Shown: positions 1 to 12,564 of the stretch, one piece after another
How the letters are laid out: each line of letters begins with the position of its first letter
Position numbering within the stretch: position 1 is the stretch's first letter
DNA from: Octopus sinensis
Taxonomy: Eukaryota
DNA: 64,000 nt
Direction of reading: 5' to 3'
Assembly: GCF_006345805.1 (NCBI RefSeq)
Contig: NC_043001.1
Coordinates: 60,574,001-60,638,000 of the forward strand
Made by a program: the position numbers and the translations under genes
The notes under the pieces: model-generated
The model's database searches: none
The model's input: the letters and a program-made list of their open reading frames with translations, nothing else
What the model was told of the DNA's origin: nothing

Positions 1-1331
1 TTTGTGAGTTAAATTATGCAAACACTATATATGAGAGAGATTTTCTTAAGTATTAGAAATAGCCTTAAAAAAGTTTTTTAGCTGCTATTTCTAATGAGTT
101 CAGTATGCGGCAAAGTAATTTATTTTACTAAGCCCTTTTATATAATGTAATAATTTGAATTCGCCTTGAATGGTCCCTTTGCATACTGAACACTTGGTGA
201 AATTGATTAATAATAATTAATTTTGCCCTCAATTGTTGAAATTATAATTAATCTCCCTCTGATTAATGCTTCGGACTTTACCGAAATAAGCATAGAGTTT
301 GATGATTTTAACCCACGCTGGTGGAAAGGGGAGAACAGAGATTCTTCGCTTGCTTATTTTGAATTTGTTGGCACTGTTAGTTGGGAGCAGATCTTCGAGA
401 GGGTATGTTCTTATTTTCAGTGTTTCCAAATCCAAACCAAGGAATTTCCGAGCCGATGATAGAAATGTTGTTTTGACTAATCTTGAAACGTACGTTCTCG
501 AATAACCTTAGCATTTGATTTTTCGATGTCATTACCCCCAAACTTTTGTGAGTTAAATTATGCAAACACTATATATGAGAGAGATTTTCTTTAAGTATTA
601 GAAATAGCCTTAAAAAAGTTTTTTAGCTGCTATTTCTAATGAGTTCAGTATGCGGCAAAGTAATTTATTTTACTAAGCCCTTTTATATAATGTAATAATT
701 TGAATTCGCCTTGAATGGTCCCTTTGCATACTGAACACTTGGTGAAATTGATTAATAATTAATTAATTTTGCCCTCAATTGTTGAAATTATAATTAATCT
801 CCCTCTGATTAATGCTTCGGACTTTACCGAAATAAGCATAGAGTTTGATGATTTTAACCCACGCTGGTGGAAAGGGGAGAACAGAGATTCTTCGCTTGCT
901 TATTTTGAATTTGTTGGCACTGTTAGTTGGGAGCAGATCTTCGAGAGGGTATGTTCTTATTTTCAGTGTTTCCAAATCCAAACCAAGGAATTTCCGAGCC
1001 GATGATAGAAATGTTGTTTTGACTAATCTTGAAACGTACGTTCTCGAATAACCTTAGCGTTTGATTTTTCGATGTCATTACCCCCAAACTTTTGTGAGTT
1101 AAATTATGCAAACACTATATATGAGAGAGATTTTCTTTAAGTATTAGAAATAGCCTTAAAAAAGTTTTTTAGCTGCTATTTCTAATGAGTTCAGTATGCG
1201 GCAAAGTAATTTATTTTACTAAGCCCTTTTATATAATGTAATATTTGAATTCGCCTTGAATGGTCCCTTTGCATACTGAACACTTGGTGAAATTGATTAA
1301 TAATTAATTAATTTTGCCCTCAATTGTTGAA

Positions 1332-1333
<2 letters not shown>
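1..1333. repeat. Tandem repeat, ~545-bp unit, 2.4 copies (starts 1, 545, 1091), truncated by (TA)n
   Basis: TTTGTGAGTTAAATTATGCAAAC recurs at 1, 545 and 1091. Identical ORFs at 223 and 769 are 546 bp apart. Confidence 0.97.
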
Positions 1334-1362
<29 letters not shown>

Positions 1363-1469
1363 ATATATATTATATATATATATATATATATGTATGTATA
1401 CGTACGTAAGCGTATACATATCTATCTACATATATATATATATGTGTGTGTGTGTTCGTGAGCGTATAG

Positions 1470-1535
<66 letters not shown>

Positions 1536-1616
1536 CAATTGCAGCGTGGAAGGTGTTTGTAAGCCATTTAAGAAACACACAAAAGCCGTTCGATTCACTT
1601 CAACATTTAAGTCTAA

Positions 1617-1666
1617 TTTGTCAAAATATTTTCGTCGCTAAAATCCGCGACCTGTTCACTGACAAA
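1617..1666 (-). ncRNA. Minimal type I hammerhead ribozyme motif, G3-C8 core variant
   Basis: Reverse complement of the motif at 1994-2043. Confidence 0.6.
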
Positions 1667-1993
1667 AATCCGTGCTGCATCTGAGAAAGTAACAGTTAGT
1701 TCGTCATATATATGTACATCTATCCATCACTACAGGTTTATGGCTTTATGTTTATAGTGTGTATGTGCGTGCATATACACACACATACATATATACATAC
1801 ATACATACATACATACATACATACATACATACATACATGCATACACAGGCGTATGTACGTACATCCATACATACATACATACATACATACATACATGCAT
1901 ACATGCATACATATCTGTATGCATACATTCACACATACATATGTACATATATATGACGAACTAACTGTTACTTTCTCAGATGCAGCACGGATT

Positions 1994-2043
1994 TTTGTCA
2001 GTGAACAGGTCGCGGATTTTAGCGACGAAAATATTTTGACAAA
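1994..2043 (+). ncRNA. Minimal type I hammerhead ribozyme motif, G3-C8 core variant
   Basis: TTTGTCA-GTGAACA-G-GTCGC-ggatttta-GCGAC-GAAA-A-ta-T-TT-TGACAAA: 7-bp stem I, 5-bp stem II, palindromic stem III AATATT. Confidence 0.6.
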
Positions 2044-2227
2044 TTAAACTTAAATGTTGAAGTGAATCGAACGGCTTTTGTGTGTTTCTTAAATGGCTTA
2101 CAAACACCTTCCACGCTGCAATTGTTTTCTTTCAGCACACGATCTCAGATCAAATTACTTGCTATGCGAGTACATCTCCGTAATATATATATATACATAT
2201 ACATATATATATAAATACATATATATA

Positions 2228-2313
<86 letters not shown>

Positions 2314-2899
2314 ATATATAACTTTCTTGCAATAGAGTAATACATTGAGTCTATTTTAAATCGTGTACTCCTTTTAGCTCTTCTGTTTTGAAAATATTTC
2401 ACAAGAATTTGCTCCGCGAAAGCCCCTCAAAAATCCACAGAAATCAACTGCTTGTATTATTCCAACGCCATAAATGAGTGTGACCAACTGCTTTTCCTTA
2501 AATGGCATTTATATAGTATGACAAGAATTGCATATATAAAAAAAAACCGGAATAAGGAATTTATGCTAGTGATATATAGAACAATCATTCGCTTCTCTTT
2601 ATTATGTAGTAAGGTAAATGAAATCTGTTTCATGATATTGCTGTTTGATCTTTATTGTTTCTCTCAGACTCCAGTCTGAAGTCCGGAAAATCATAACATT
2701 ATCAATGTCCTTTTCAGAGTGATAACATTTCCTCGCGTATCCGTTTACATACATATTGATATCGATCATCGATAAAATGCGTTATCTCTGTAATTTTATT
2801 TGTGCATATCAACAAGTTAAAGTAAGGATATCTATCGAAATAATCAATGTCCTTGACAGTTGATTTGGATTATGTTTCCCTCCTTTATAAACGAGCTTA

Positions 2900-5250
2900 C
2901 GTTAATCGAAATGTAGGTTGTGTCAATTACTATGCTGTTAAGCTTTTATCGTTATTTTTGTGTCAATTGATCAGTTAAGCCGTTGGTTGATGTTGAAGTT
3001 TTACCTATTGATTACGTGTTTTTACATCTCTCATAACCTGGCAACAAGTTTTACCCCATCTTAAATCTTTCATAATATATTGGCAGGAATCGATCTTCCA
3101 ATCCCAATTAAAGTAGTCAAGAATGAAAATCTTGAATAAACAAAAGTTGGAATTTATCAAAGTAGTAGAATACAAAGTGAAGAACAGGGAATTATTCGTC
3201 AAGTGAAATCTCTTCTCTGGGCACATTTCTGATAAGAAGCATCAATCGATTTATTTTAATCTGTTAAAAGGAGCTGTTGCATGTATCAATTTGTGTTAAA
3301 ACAAAATACAAATATTGTAGAGATTGTTACAGATAAATTCCAATGTTTCCATAGCAAGAAGAAATATGGAGAAATTAAACAAATAAGGAAGATTAAACAA
3401 ACATAAATAGAAATAAATTACAGCTCGAGAAGAATATGCTTGCACGTCACTAGATGACAACTCAACATTAGCAGGAACTCTAGTGTTGATGATATTGAAT
3501 AGCAAGTAGAAATAACAACTCTCTTGAACATTTACACATTACGCTGCTCTGAATTCTCTACGTTTATTCTCTTATTTCCATACAACTTATGCATTTCTCC
3601 ATCTTAGATGTTCATTCTTTTACTCCTTTTTCTTCAGATCTACCTAAATCTCTCAATCCTCACACATTTCATATTGATTTCTGTTTTATGTCAATGGACT
3701 CTTTCATGGTAATCGATACGACCTTTATAGCATCAAATGCAGAGCTGGAAAGCATTGCCTTATGTTCGATTTGATGTTTATTCGTAAACTGCGGTTTAAA
3801 AGGGAGCCTAGCTGACAAAAGGCGTACGAGGGAAGTTTGATTCAAAAGAAAAAAAAGGAATGTTATCGATCAATTTTGGAAATTTGGTAATCCCCTAAAT
3901 CATATGTGCAAGTATACCTTCTATATTCTATAGAATATTACATTGAAAAGTAATTGAAATAATGTTAAAAACGTATGCTAATGCATTTTTATTTTACTTG
4001 ATAATTAACAACACAAATAAAAGTGTAGGATATCTATACGATTCCTTTTGAGTACTTGATGTCTAAAACTGTTTTAGATAATTTACGCAATTATACGTTT
4101 CTGTTGAATCTAAGAGGCACTCTATTAACTTAAGAATGTTGGTAGTGTAACAGGCAGTAAGAGATGCAGAGCATGTTCCAGTATTATTTGTTACTCATCT
4201 ATGCAGATTTAAGTAGATTATTCATGTAATCAATACCACTTCCACTAAATATTTATTGAACTAATGAACATATATTCTGCAATACTTCTCTTACGTAGAA
4301 TGTAACTAACCCAAGACAACAAGATGTGTGCTACACTGTGAATCTACCTTTGTTTTTATGTACTGCGTATGGAGAGTGGTGTGATTCTAACATTTGTATG
4401 TGCTCTTACGCCGGTGAAATTGAAACTGTGTAAATCAATACTAGCAGCATAGACATGATATGAATAATGAATGAAATACTAGATGTCCGAAGATTTGAGG
4501 AAGGAGGGTCTGAGTGTAGCAATTAATTGAAGTTATAAGGAGACGTTGGTTATAAAATGGGTAATGTATAGGGAGACGAGTGGAAGCGGAAAGCCTTAAT
4601 ACAGATGGGATGAGAATAACCAACCTTGTGGAGAATAAACCAAAATAGTAGCTGTCGAAAAAGGGGAGAGAAGACAGCAAATATCTGCACTAGAAACTGA
4701 AGTATCACTGTGAGTGACATTATATCAAGTTGTGATTTTGGCTGGATGCGCCTTTGGCTGCAGCGTCCTCTCATGTTTGAGAGCAACACAGTATAATAGA
4801 ACTCACAGGTATTTTGAAATATGTCAATAATTATTTGTCAATAAGTCTATGGTTATTTACCTGGTAATACATATGGGCACCACAAACCTCTTCGATTTTC
4901 GTCTCCTAGATTATTAGAAGCTTTTCTTCGAATTGCACTGGTCTTGTAGTGAATGATAAGTCGTCCAAATGCAATCCAGGTTATATTAAGAATATCTTTT
5001 TCCGCGAGGTATCTTCGGTGATAAGAAGATCAATATTTGGAGCAACTGTGAGAGCTCAAGCGGGGTGCTTTTCTGATTTCATGAAATCATGGATGATAAT
5101 TTTATGGTTTTTGTTCATGGAGCCAAGTTCGATTTGGTTTTCGATATGTAGGTTGTGAATGAAACACTCAAAGTTCAGATATATGGAGAGGAATGAAGGG
5201 CAGTATCATCTAAGTATGATTGAATGTTGTTAGATACGGTAGCGAATAAT
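2900..5250 (-). pseudogene. Highly degenerate retroelement ORF, possibly Penelope-like
   Basis: Patchy minus-strand peptides (DILNITWIAFGRLIIHYK, GLWCPYVLPGK, TACYTTNILKLIECLL, CYSISSTLEFL) recall Penelope-like RT ORFs. Many stops. Confidence 0.3.
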
Positions 5251-5640
5251 TCATTAATATTCATTAATGTGTGGACGGAGCAGTGTGCGAGTGGAAGTGT
5301 GTGTGCATATGTGTGTGTACACATCTTATCTAACTAAACAACCTTTCGCCCCCTAGATATTACAGCCTGCATATATTTCTCTCCCTTCTTTTTTCTAACA
5401 TTGTTCCTCTGTCTTAAACCCAATGTGACTCAATTCATCACTATACATGCATTATCTTCTCCCACGAACCTTTTTTAATCAATTATTGTTTGTCTATATC
5501 TGCAAGTGTTTGCAACTCTTATTGAAAAAAGATAATAGTAATTGAAAATTATAGAGATGCTTCATTCCCTAACCAGATGGACATATAACAACATGACAGC
5601 CATGACAGATATTTTGCAAGAAAAATCCTTTCTGTATAGA

Positions 5641-5746
5641 TGTACCTGATGAGGCCTAGGCAGCAAAACAGATGAGATGCAACATACTGAAAAGAGTCCC
5701 ACCCTTGAGGGATAGTAGAATAATAGGTTGAAATGACTGTTGTGCA
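5641..5746 (+). ncRNA. Type I HHR-like motif with long loop II insertion
   Basis: TGTAC-CTGATGA-GGCCTA...TAGGTT-GAAA-T-gact-G-TT-GTGCA. Stem I is 5 bp and the core is canonical. Confidence 0.45.
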
Positions 5747-6934
5747 AATTAAAGATTAATACCAAGTCCATCTTCTCGTTACTTAAAAAAATTATTATTA
5801 TTGTTATTGTTAATTTGAAAGACTCTCGGATAGTTCTTTATTACCGGTTATGCTTTACTTGAAAGCACACAATAACAAATCACCAAAGGTTTCAAGCAGT
5901 GCCTTCTCCTATGACTAAAAGAGACAATATTCTCCTTAGAATGCGAGTCTTCTGGATCACCTCGTTTGCAACATTTTCAGATATGCCCCTGTTTAAATTT
6001 GTTCCGCCTATGCTGTCTTTATATATATTTTTCCCTACACCCCTGCTATACATGAAGGTATTTTACGTAATTCAATGTTATTCTTTTTTATTTTATTTTC
6101 AATTTATTTTATATATAAGTACTTTCTTTTCAATAATGTTTATTTTCTTAATAATTCTTTTCTCCCCTTAAGCATGTTCCATAGCATATTTACTTCCGGT
6201 TCCCCTAAGGGAAAGCTGCATATCTGAAATGAATTTTTTTTTTCCTATCTAATAGTTTATTATTATTGTTTGTTTTTATCTCAAAGGTTTGAAATAAATT
6301 TTCTTAAGGGATTTAAGGATACATTATGTATTTTGATATTTTTCTGTTTCTATCTTATTCTAGACTTGCTATTTATCTACACTAAATTTTATTTCATTAT
6401 TATTATAAACATAAATAATAATAATTATTATTATTATTATTTTCATTATCTTCATCATCATCAGCAGCAGCAGCAGCATCATAATCATCATCATCATCAT
6501 CATTATTATTATTATTATTGCTGTTGTTGTTGTTGTTATATGGAAATTATTTATCCTTTACTGATAATTTGGTTAATATATAATTGCCACGCTTTGTTTC
6601 AAATTGATTTAAATTTTATAACTTTATATTTTTTGTATTGTAGTATAATAGCTACGTATGACATTACATGGCACTATTATATATTTATATATAAATGCGT
6701 TTTCTTCTTTTTTCTTTTCCTTTTCTCCTTCTTAGTACCCTATGATATTATATCAATATCTTCTTTTCTTTCTTTAAGACACAAAATATATGCCACTTTC
6801 TCCCCCTATGTTTGATTGAGATCTTCCATAACCGGCTCTTTTGTATTTGCTATCAGTTAACTGTTTGTGTATTTGCTATCAATTAACTGTTTATAACCGT
6901 TATCTCAACATGTATTACTAATCGTTATCTCTTT

Positions 6935-7003
6935 ACTACCTCTGAAAAGATTCATCTTATAATGATGTTAATTTCATGAATCAAAACACCTGTCAGAAAC
7001 GGT
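6935..7003 (+). ncRNA. Degenerate HHR-like motif (G8A, G12A)
   Basis: ct-CTGAAAA-GATTCAT...ATGAATC-AAAA-C-acct-GTC-ag. The 7-bp stem II is intact but two core G's are lost. Confidence 0.35.
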
Positions 7004-7099
7004 GTCATATTTTATAATTAATAAATAATATTTTATTAATATTTTCATTAGATTTATATATCTCTTAAGGAGGTTTATAACCTTTACTTGAATATATAT

Positions 7100-7329
7100 T
7101 TTTTATTGCCCACAAGGGGCTAAACATAGAGAGGACAAACAAGGACAGACAAACGGATTAAGTCGATTACATCGACCCCAGTGCGAAACTGGTACTTTTA
7201 TTTATCGACCCCGAAAGGATGAAAGGCAAAGTCGACCTCGGCGGAATTTGAACTCAGAACGTAACGACAGACGAAATACCGCTAAGCATTCCGCCCGGCG
7301 CGCTAACGTGTCTGCCAGCTCGCCGCCTT
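7100..7329 (-). mobile_element. tRNA-derived SINE with 19-bp target-site duplication
   Basis: Minus strand has B-box-like GAGTTCAAATTCC and an A-rich tail. CCTTTACTTGAATATATAT is present at 7081-7099 and 7330-7348. Confidence 0.85.
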
Positions 7330-7336
7330 CCTTTAC

Positions 7337-7976
<640 letters not shown>

Positions 7977-7981
7977 ATATA

Positions 7982-8050
<69 letters not shown>

Positions 8051-8547
8051 TGCGTGTGTGTGTGTTCACATTCATACAGACATGTATATATTTATATTTA
8101 CATATATATACGCTCATAACGTCGTATCTTCTCAAAATGTCACTTTCCCAAATAAAGTGCACTTCAAGTCTCTGATAAAGCTATAAAATTTTATTCAGAT
8201 ACGTAAGTAATAGTCCGCTGCTGAAACAGATATAAGCCAATGAAGTACATTACATAGCACATTTTTACTGGTGTCTCCGTCTCTGTTAAAGCCCTACACT
8301 CATCTAAAGTTGTGGTCTGGACCATACGTCTATTGAGACCTAAATGAGGTTATTAGTCTCGCTATGCCGAATCGAAATATTCAAATATTGCATACATTCT
8401 ATAGCTGCGTATATGCGTGCGTTTACATGTAAATAGTAAGAGTGAGTGGACAGTATTCTTTCACATGATGACTGCCCGAGGAAAATATAACAGTTTTAAA
8501 AACTCTTTTGAGGTATATTCGTCAAATTTGTATCAGATAGTCTTCTT

Positions 8548-9540
8548 TCACTGTCGATGAACCCGACATTGGCCTCCATGACGGCTGCCAAGCAACTTCA
8601 GAATCCGCCAGAGGACATCGTCATTACTTCCAGTTGTAGACCCTTGGAGGCTATGATAATGCTGGCTCTCAGCTAGTTCTTCGTTTTGCAGCTGGATCTA
8701 TTGGTCCCTCATTCCACTGCGCCCCACACAAGGAAGTTGAGCGGATTACATTCAGACAAGTTCGGACGTCAAATACCAGGTGCTATGTGATCGAAAAAAA
8801 TTCTCCGACAGTCATGCATGTGTCTTCCGGCTGGTGTGGCAGGACGCACAGTCTTGCTGCAACACATACGGCCTCTCTACAGGTAATAGGTTGCTTTCTG
8901 GGATTCAGCATCTCACTCACTAGATGGATGCAGCCGTCAGTGTTTTGATCTGAATCATCTCAGAGAAGAAGTGGGGTGGCATAACGTCACCTCCACTGCT
9001 TGACTCCGGTCAAGTCCTTGAGGGACCTGTTGTTGTGAGAGACGATCGTTTGATCTTGCCAGAAATTCTTCTCGTCGTAGAACTTCAGCATGTCTGACTC
9101 CCGTGTGTGTTACAATTTGTTAATCAGCTTCATAGTCTGCTTAAGTCGCTTTACTTGCATTACCTTGGACTGAAATCATCCCTTCATAATTTTGTATGAA
9201 AAGAAGCAAAATTTCTCATGCACCACCAGCTATTCGTCTACATCTTTATTCCCTGTAATTACACACATATACTTCCTAGGACTATTGTTCAGGATCTCCT
9301 GAATTTCGGCGACGCATTCCAGAGTTCTGATAGCGTATGATCCTCAATCAAGAGTTTGACTTACTGCCGTTGCCTCGTATTCGAATCCTGATTCTTTCAG
9401 ATCACTTCTTACATATTCTGGCATCCTCCTGCTCACTTTGAGCAAGTCCAAGGTCTCCTGGCTTGTTCTTCTGACACGGAGGACTGCATGTCTCTTCCAG
9501 GAATTGGGGACTCAGAGGGAATGTTCAAAATTTCCCACAG
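8548..9540 (-). mobile_element. Degenerate Tc1/mariner-superfamily transposase, DD37D (maT-like)
   Basis: Minus-strand DEKNF, GDVMPPHFF, RPYVLQQD, then 37 residues to the third acidic position in CNPLN(D)FLVWG. Many stops. Confidence 0.85.
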
Positions 9541-9689
9541 TGAACTTTTCTGTAAAAATTCCAGCAAAAATTATTGTTTTCAGGAAAAAAAACAACGAAA
9601 TAAAAACAAAATGCGTAAAGTTAGCAGCTTGGAATGGCAAAAAAACACCGTCTCGATACTACATATGTGTGTATGCGTGTGGGTATATA

Positions 9690-9730
<41 letters not shown>

Positions 9731-10419
9731 ATATAAATTCAGGGTGAATACTTGATAAATGTAAGCACCTGTATATGCCAGCTAGTAGCATAGGTGAGAG
9801 GATATATGTATCAAATGAAATAAAATGAAAAGCAGGACACAAAGGATGTCGCGGTACATATGTTTCGAGCTTTATAGAACAACTTATTCTTACATCAATG
9901 CATGTTCGACATAACAGCCGCATGCAATTGCTACACCAAAGACTTGTATCACATTATGAAAGGTTTGAGAAAAAACATTTGGTATTGTTTATAATGATAG
10001 GTAAATCGAGTATCACTGGGAAAGTATGTTTGTAAATCCTCATAATCAAACAGGCGTACATGGTATTATTAGACTCCAAAAAATCGTCCATACCGTTTTC
10101 TCACTCAATATAGAATGAATACTGGGTAGATTCCGGTTGGGTTTATTGTAAGGGAAGGAATTGGATCCAATTCCTTCCCTTACAAGAAGAATAAACCCAA
10201 ATTACCACAATTTCGTATCTTTAATTTCGCGCTTGCAAATTGTTTGCTTTTGATTTTTCCGACTGCATAGTATAGTAGGTTCAGTTACGCACCGTCTGTG
10301 AAAAAAACAGTACCAATACGCAATACACTCTGCCTGGTACTGACTGGCATCTTCGCCGAAAGTTCCAGTACGAGCATTTCAGAGTGTTTGGTTGTTAATC
10401 TGAGGACAGTGCAATCTGA

Positions 10420-10834
10420 GGACATGTACTGAGAGTGATAAAAATCAAACATCAAGTTAACGTCATGGTGTTTGGAGTGATCACTAGTGATGGCGACTTT
10501 ATGCCTCTATGCATTTTTCCCACACGGTCTGTGACTCAACACGGAGGCCTACATCAAATTCCTGGATGAGGTTGAACTATGCATCATGCTACACAAGCAG
10601 AAAAATCTCAGTCTTGTCACCTAACTTCCCAGACTGCAACCGCCTTAATTATTATGTGCGGGTAACAGTTGAGCGAGAGTCCAACAAAGCGCATTGTGAC
10701 ACCAAACATGGACTGAGAGCAAGGATTATGGCAGCATTCACCATATAAAACAATGAGACCTCCATAAGAGCTGCTGTAGATTTCAAAGTCGTCTCAACGC
10801 TGTGGTTAAACCCAAGGGCGATTTTATTGAATGA
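10420..10834 (+). mobile_element. Internally deleted DD37D-type transposase fragment
   Basis: VMVFGVITSDGD, PDCNRLNYYV..VERESNK, ending KGDFIE*. Confidence 0.8.
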
Positions 10835-11153
10835 GCGCCATATGATAGAAACAGACGCCAAATGGCTCTAAGAACTACATTATTTAGCACATTGGTACAG
10901 GCTAAAAGCGTGGGAAATGAACAAAACATTTTTTAAATGACTTAACCACAGATTGATTTCTAGTTCAGGGATGTAACTCTCATTACCGTTTTCACTATGG
11001 TAGAATTTCAGTATTTCTAGCATGTGAAATACTCATTGGTGCCCTTAATATAATTATTTTGTATTAATTGTTACATATATGATTTCTTACATGCTGGCTA
11101 CTTGATAAAATCTTATATATATATCTTATCCTTGATTATAAAGATATATATAT

Positions 11154-11431
11154 ATTGCAGCGTTGAAAGTGTTTGGAAGCCATTTAAGAAGCACACAAAA
11201 ACCACTAGATTAACTTCAACATTTAAATTTAAGTTGTCAAAATACGTTCGACGCTTTGAGACCACGACCTCTTCCCTAACAAAATTCCGTGCTGCATTTA
11301 GTCAGTGAACATATCACTGTCTCAAAGCGACGAAAGTATTTTGAGAAATTTAAATTTAAATCTTCAAGTGCATCTAACGGATTTTGTGTGTTTCTTAAAT
11401 GGCATGTAAACACCTTCCACGCTGTAATTGT
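11154..11431. mobile_element. Diverged copy of the 1534-2126 foldback family
   Basis: ATTGCAGCGTTGAAAGTGTTTGGAAGCCATTTAAG...TTAAATGGCATGTAAACACCTTCCACGCTGTAATTGT. Both HHR motifs are decayed. Confidence 0.8.
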
Positions 11432-11469
11432 ACATCTTCGTAATATATATATATGCAAGTACATTTCCG

Positions 11470-11541
<72 letters not shown>

Positions 11542-11543
<2 letters not shown>

Positions 11544-11922
11544 CAGCAACTTAAAAAGAAGAAATTGTGTATTTAATAATGACTGCATTAGGAAGGAAGT
11601 AGTATATCAATGTATAGTAAGTACACAATACGACAGGAAAGTCTATATCGGGTCTACGAAGAATAATTTGAAACAAAGACTTAACTATCACAGATATACT
11701 TTTAAAAATAGAAATAGGAGTAATTCTACTGGGTTAAGTACATATATATGGGAACTTAAGGATAAAAAAATAAGTAATAATTTACAATGGAAGATACTAA
11801 TATCAGTACCTGCGTATAATTATATAGATAGAAAATGTTCACTATGCATTAATGAAATTTTCTTTCTAATTAGGGCTAATTTACCGATCATTAACAATTT
11901 TATATATATAAATATAATATAA
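11542..11922 (+). pseudogene. Penelope-like element GIY-YIG endonuclease fragment
   Basis: Open frame NCVFNNDCIRKEVVYQC...VYIGSTKNNLKQRLNYHRYTF...STGLSTYIWELK...WKIL...KCSLCINE. Confidence 0.85.
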
Positions 11923-12249
11923 CCTTGACGAAAAAGAAAAACAAATCCTCATATTGATATTGATGTATATTTGTACGTATGTATACATATGTACATGTTG
12001 CTTCTGTTTGTTACCCATACGCATGGACTTGTATGCAGGAAGAAGAACTATATTCTAAAATCGTTGATCTAACTGTATGTTTAAATATATATATATATTT
12101 ATTTATTTGTATGGATTTGGGATTTAAATTTATAAAATTAATATTAAATCTACCGTAAAAAATTATTTATATTGTATCGTAATATAGGATATATTGTATC
12201 GTATATATGATGTATTGTGAAGTGAAGATTACTCTAAATCTAATAATAT

Positions 12250-12278
12250 TGTTGTTGTTGTTATTATTATTATTATTA

Positions 12279-12327
<49 letters not shown>

Positions 12328-12369
12328 ATTAATATTATTATTATTATTATTATTATTATTGTTATTATT

Positions 12370-12403
<34 letters not shown>

Positions 12404-12412
12404 GTAATAATT
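12250..12412. repeat. (ATT)n/(AAT)n microsatellite
   Basis: Direct read. Confidence 0.95.
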
Positions 12413-12564
12413 GATTATTGTTTATGTAGTCATGAGCATAGACGTATGTATATGTTCCAGTATATATGTATTTTATTTATTTTTATTTTATTTTATCTAG
12501 TTTCAGCTCACGAGCTGTGGCCATGCTGGGGCACCGCCATTTGGTGCTGCTACATGATTTTACT

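Larger units (their letters stand above)
1534..2126. mobile_element. Foldback element: two 186-bp inverted arms (1534-1719, 1941-2126) around a (CATA)n core; Penelope pseudo-LTR-like
   Basis: The arms are reverse complements with one mismatch seen. Each carries an HHR-like motif. A related copy at 11154-11431 lies next to a GIY-YIG fragment. Confidence 0.8.

Noticed and set aside
223-459. 78-aa plus-strand ORF as a gene
   Set aside because: It lies inside the tandem unit and is the antisense shadow of the more protein-like minus frame.
1370-2402. Many [12 protein letters not shown] ORFs here and across the window
   Set aside because: They are translations of TA, CA and CATA microsatellites.
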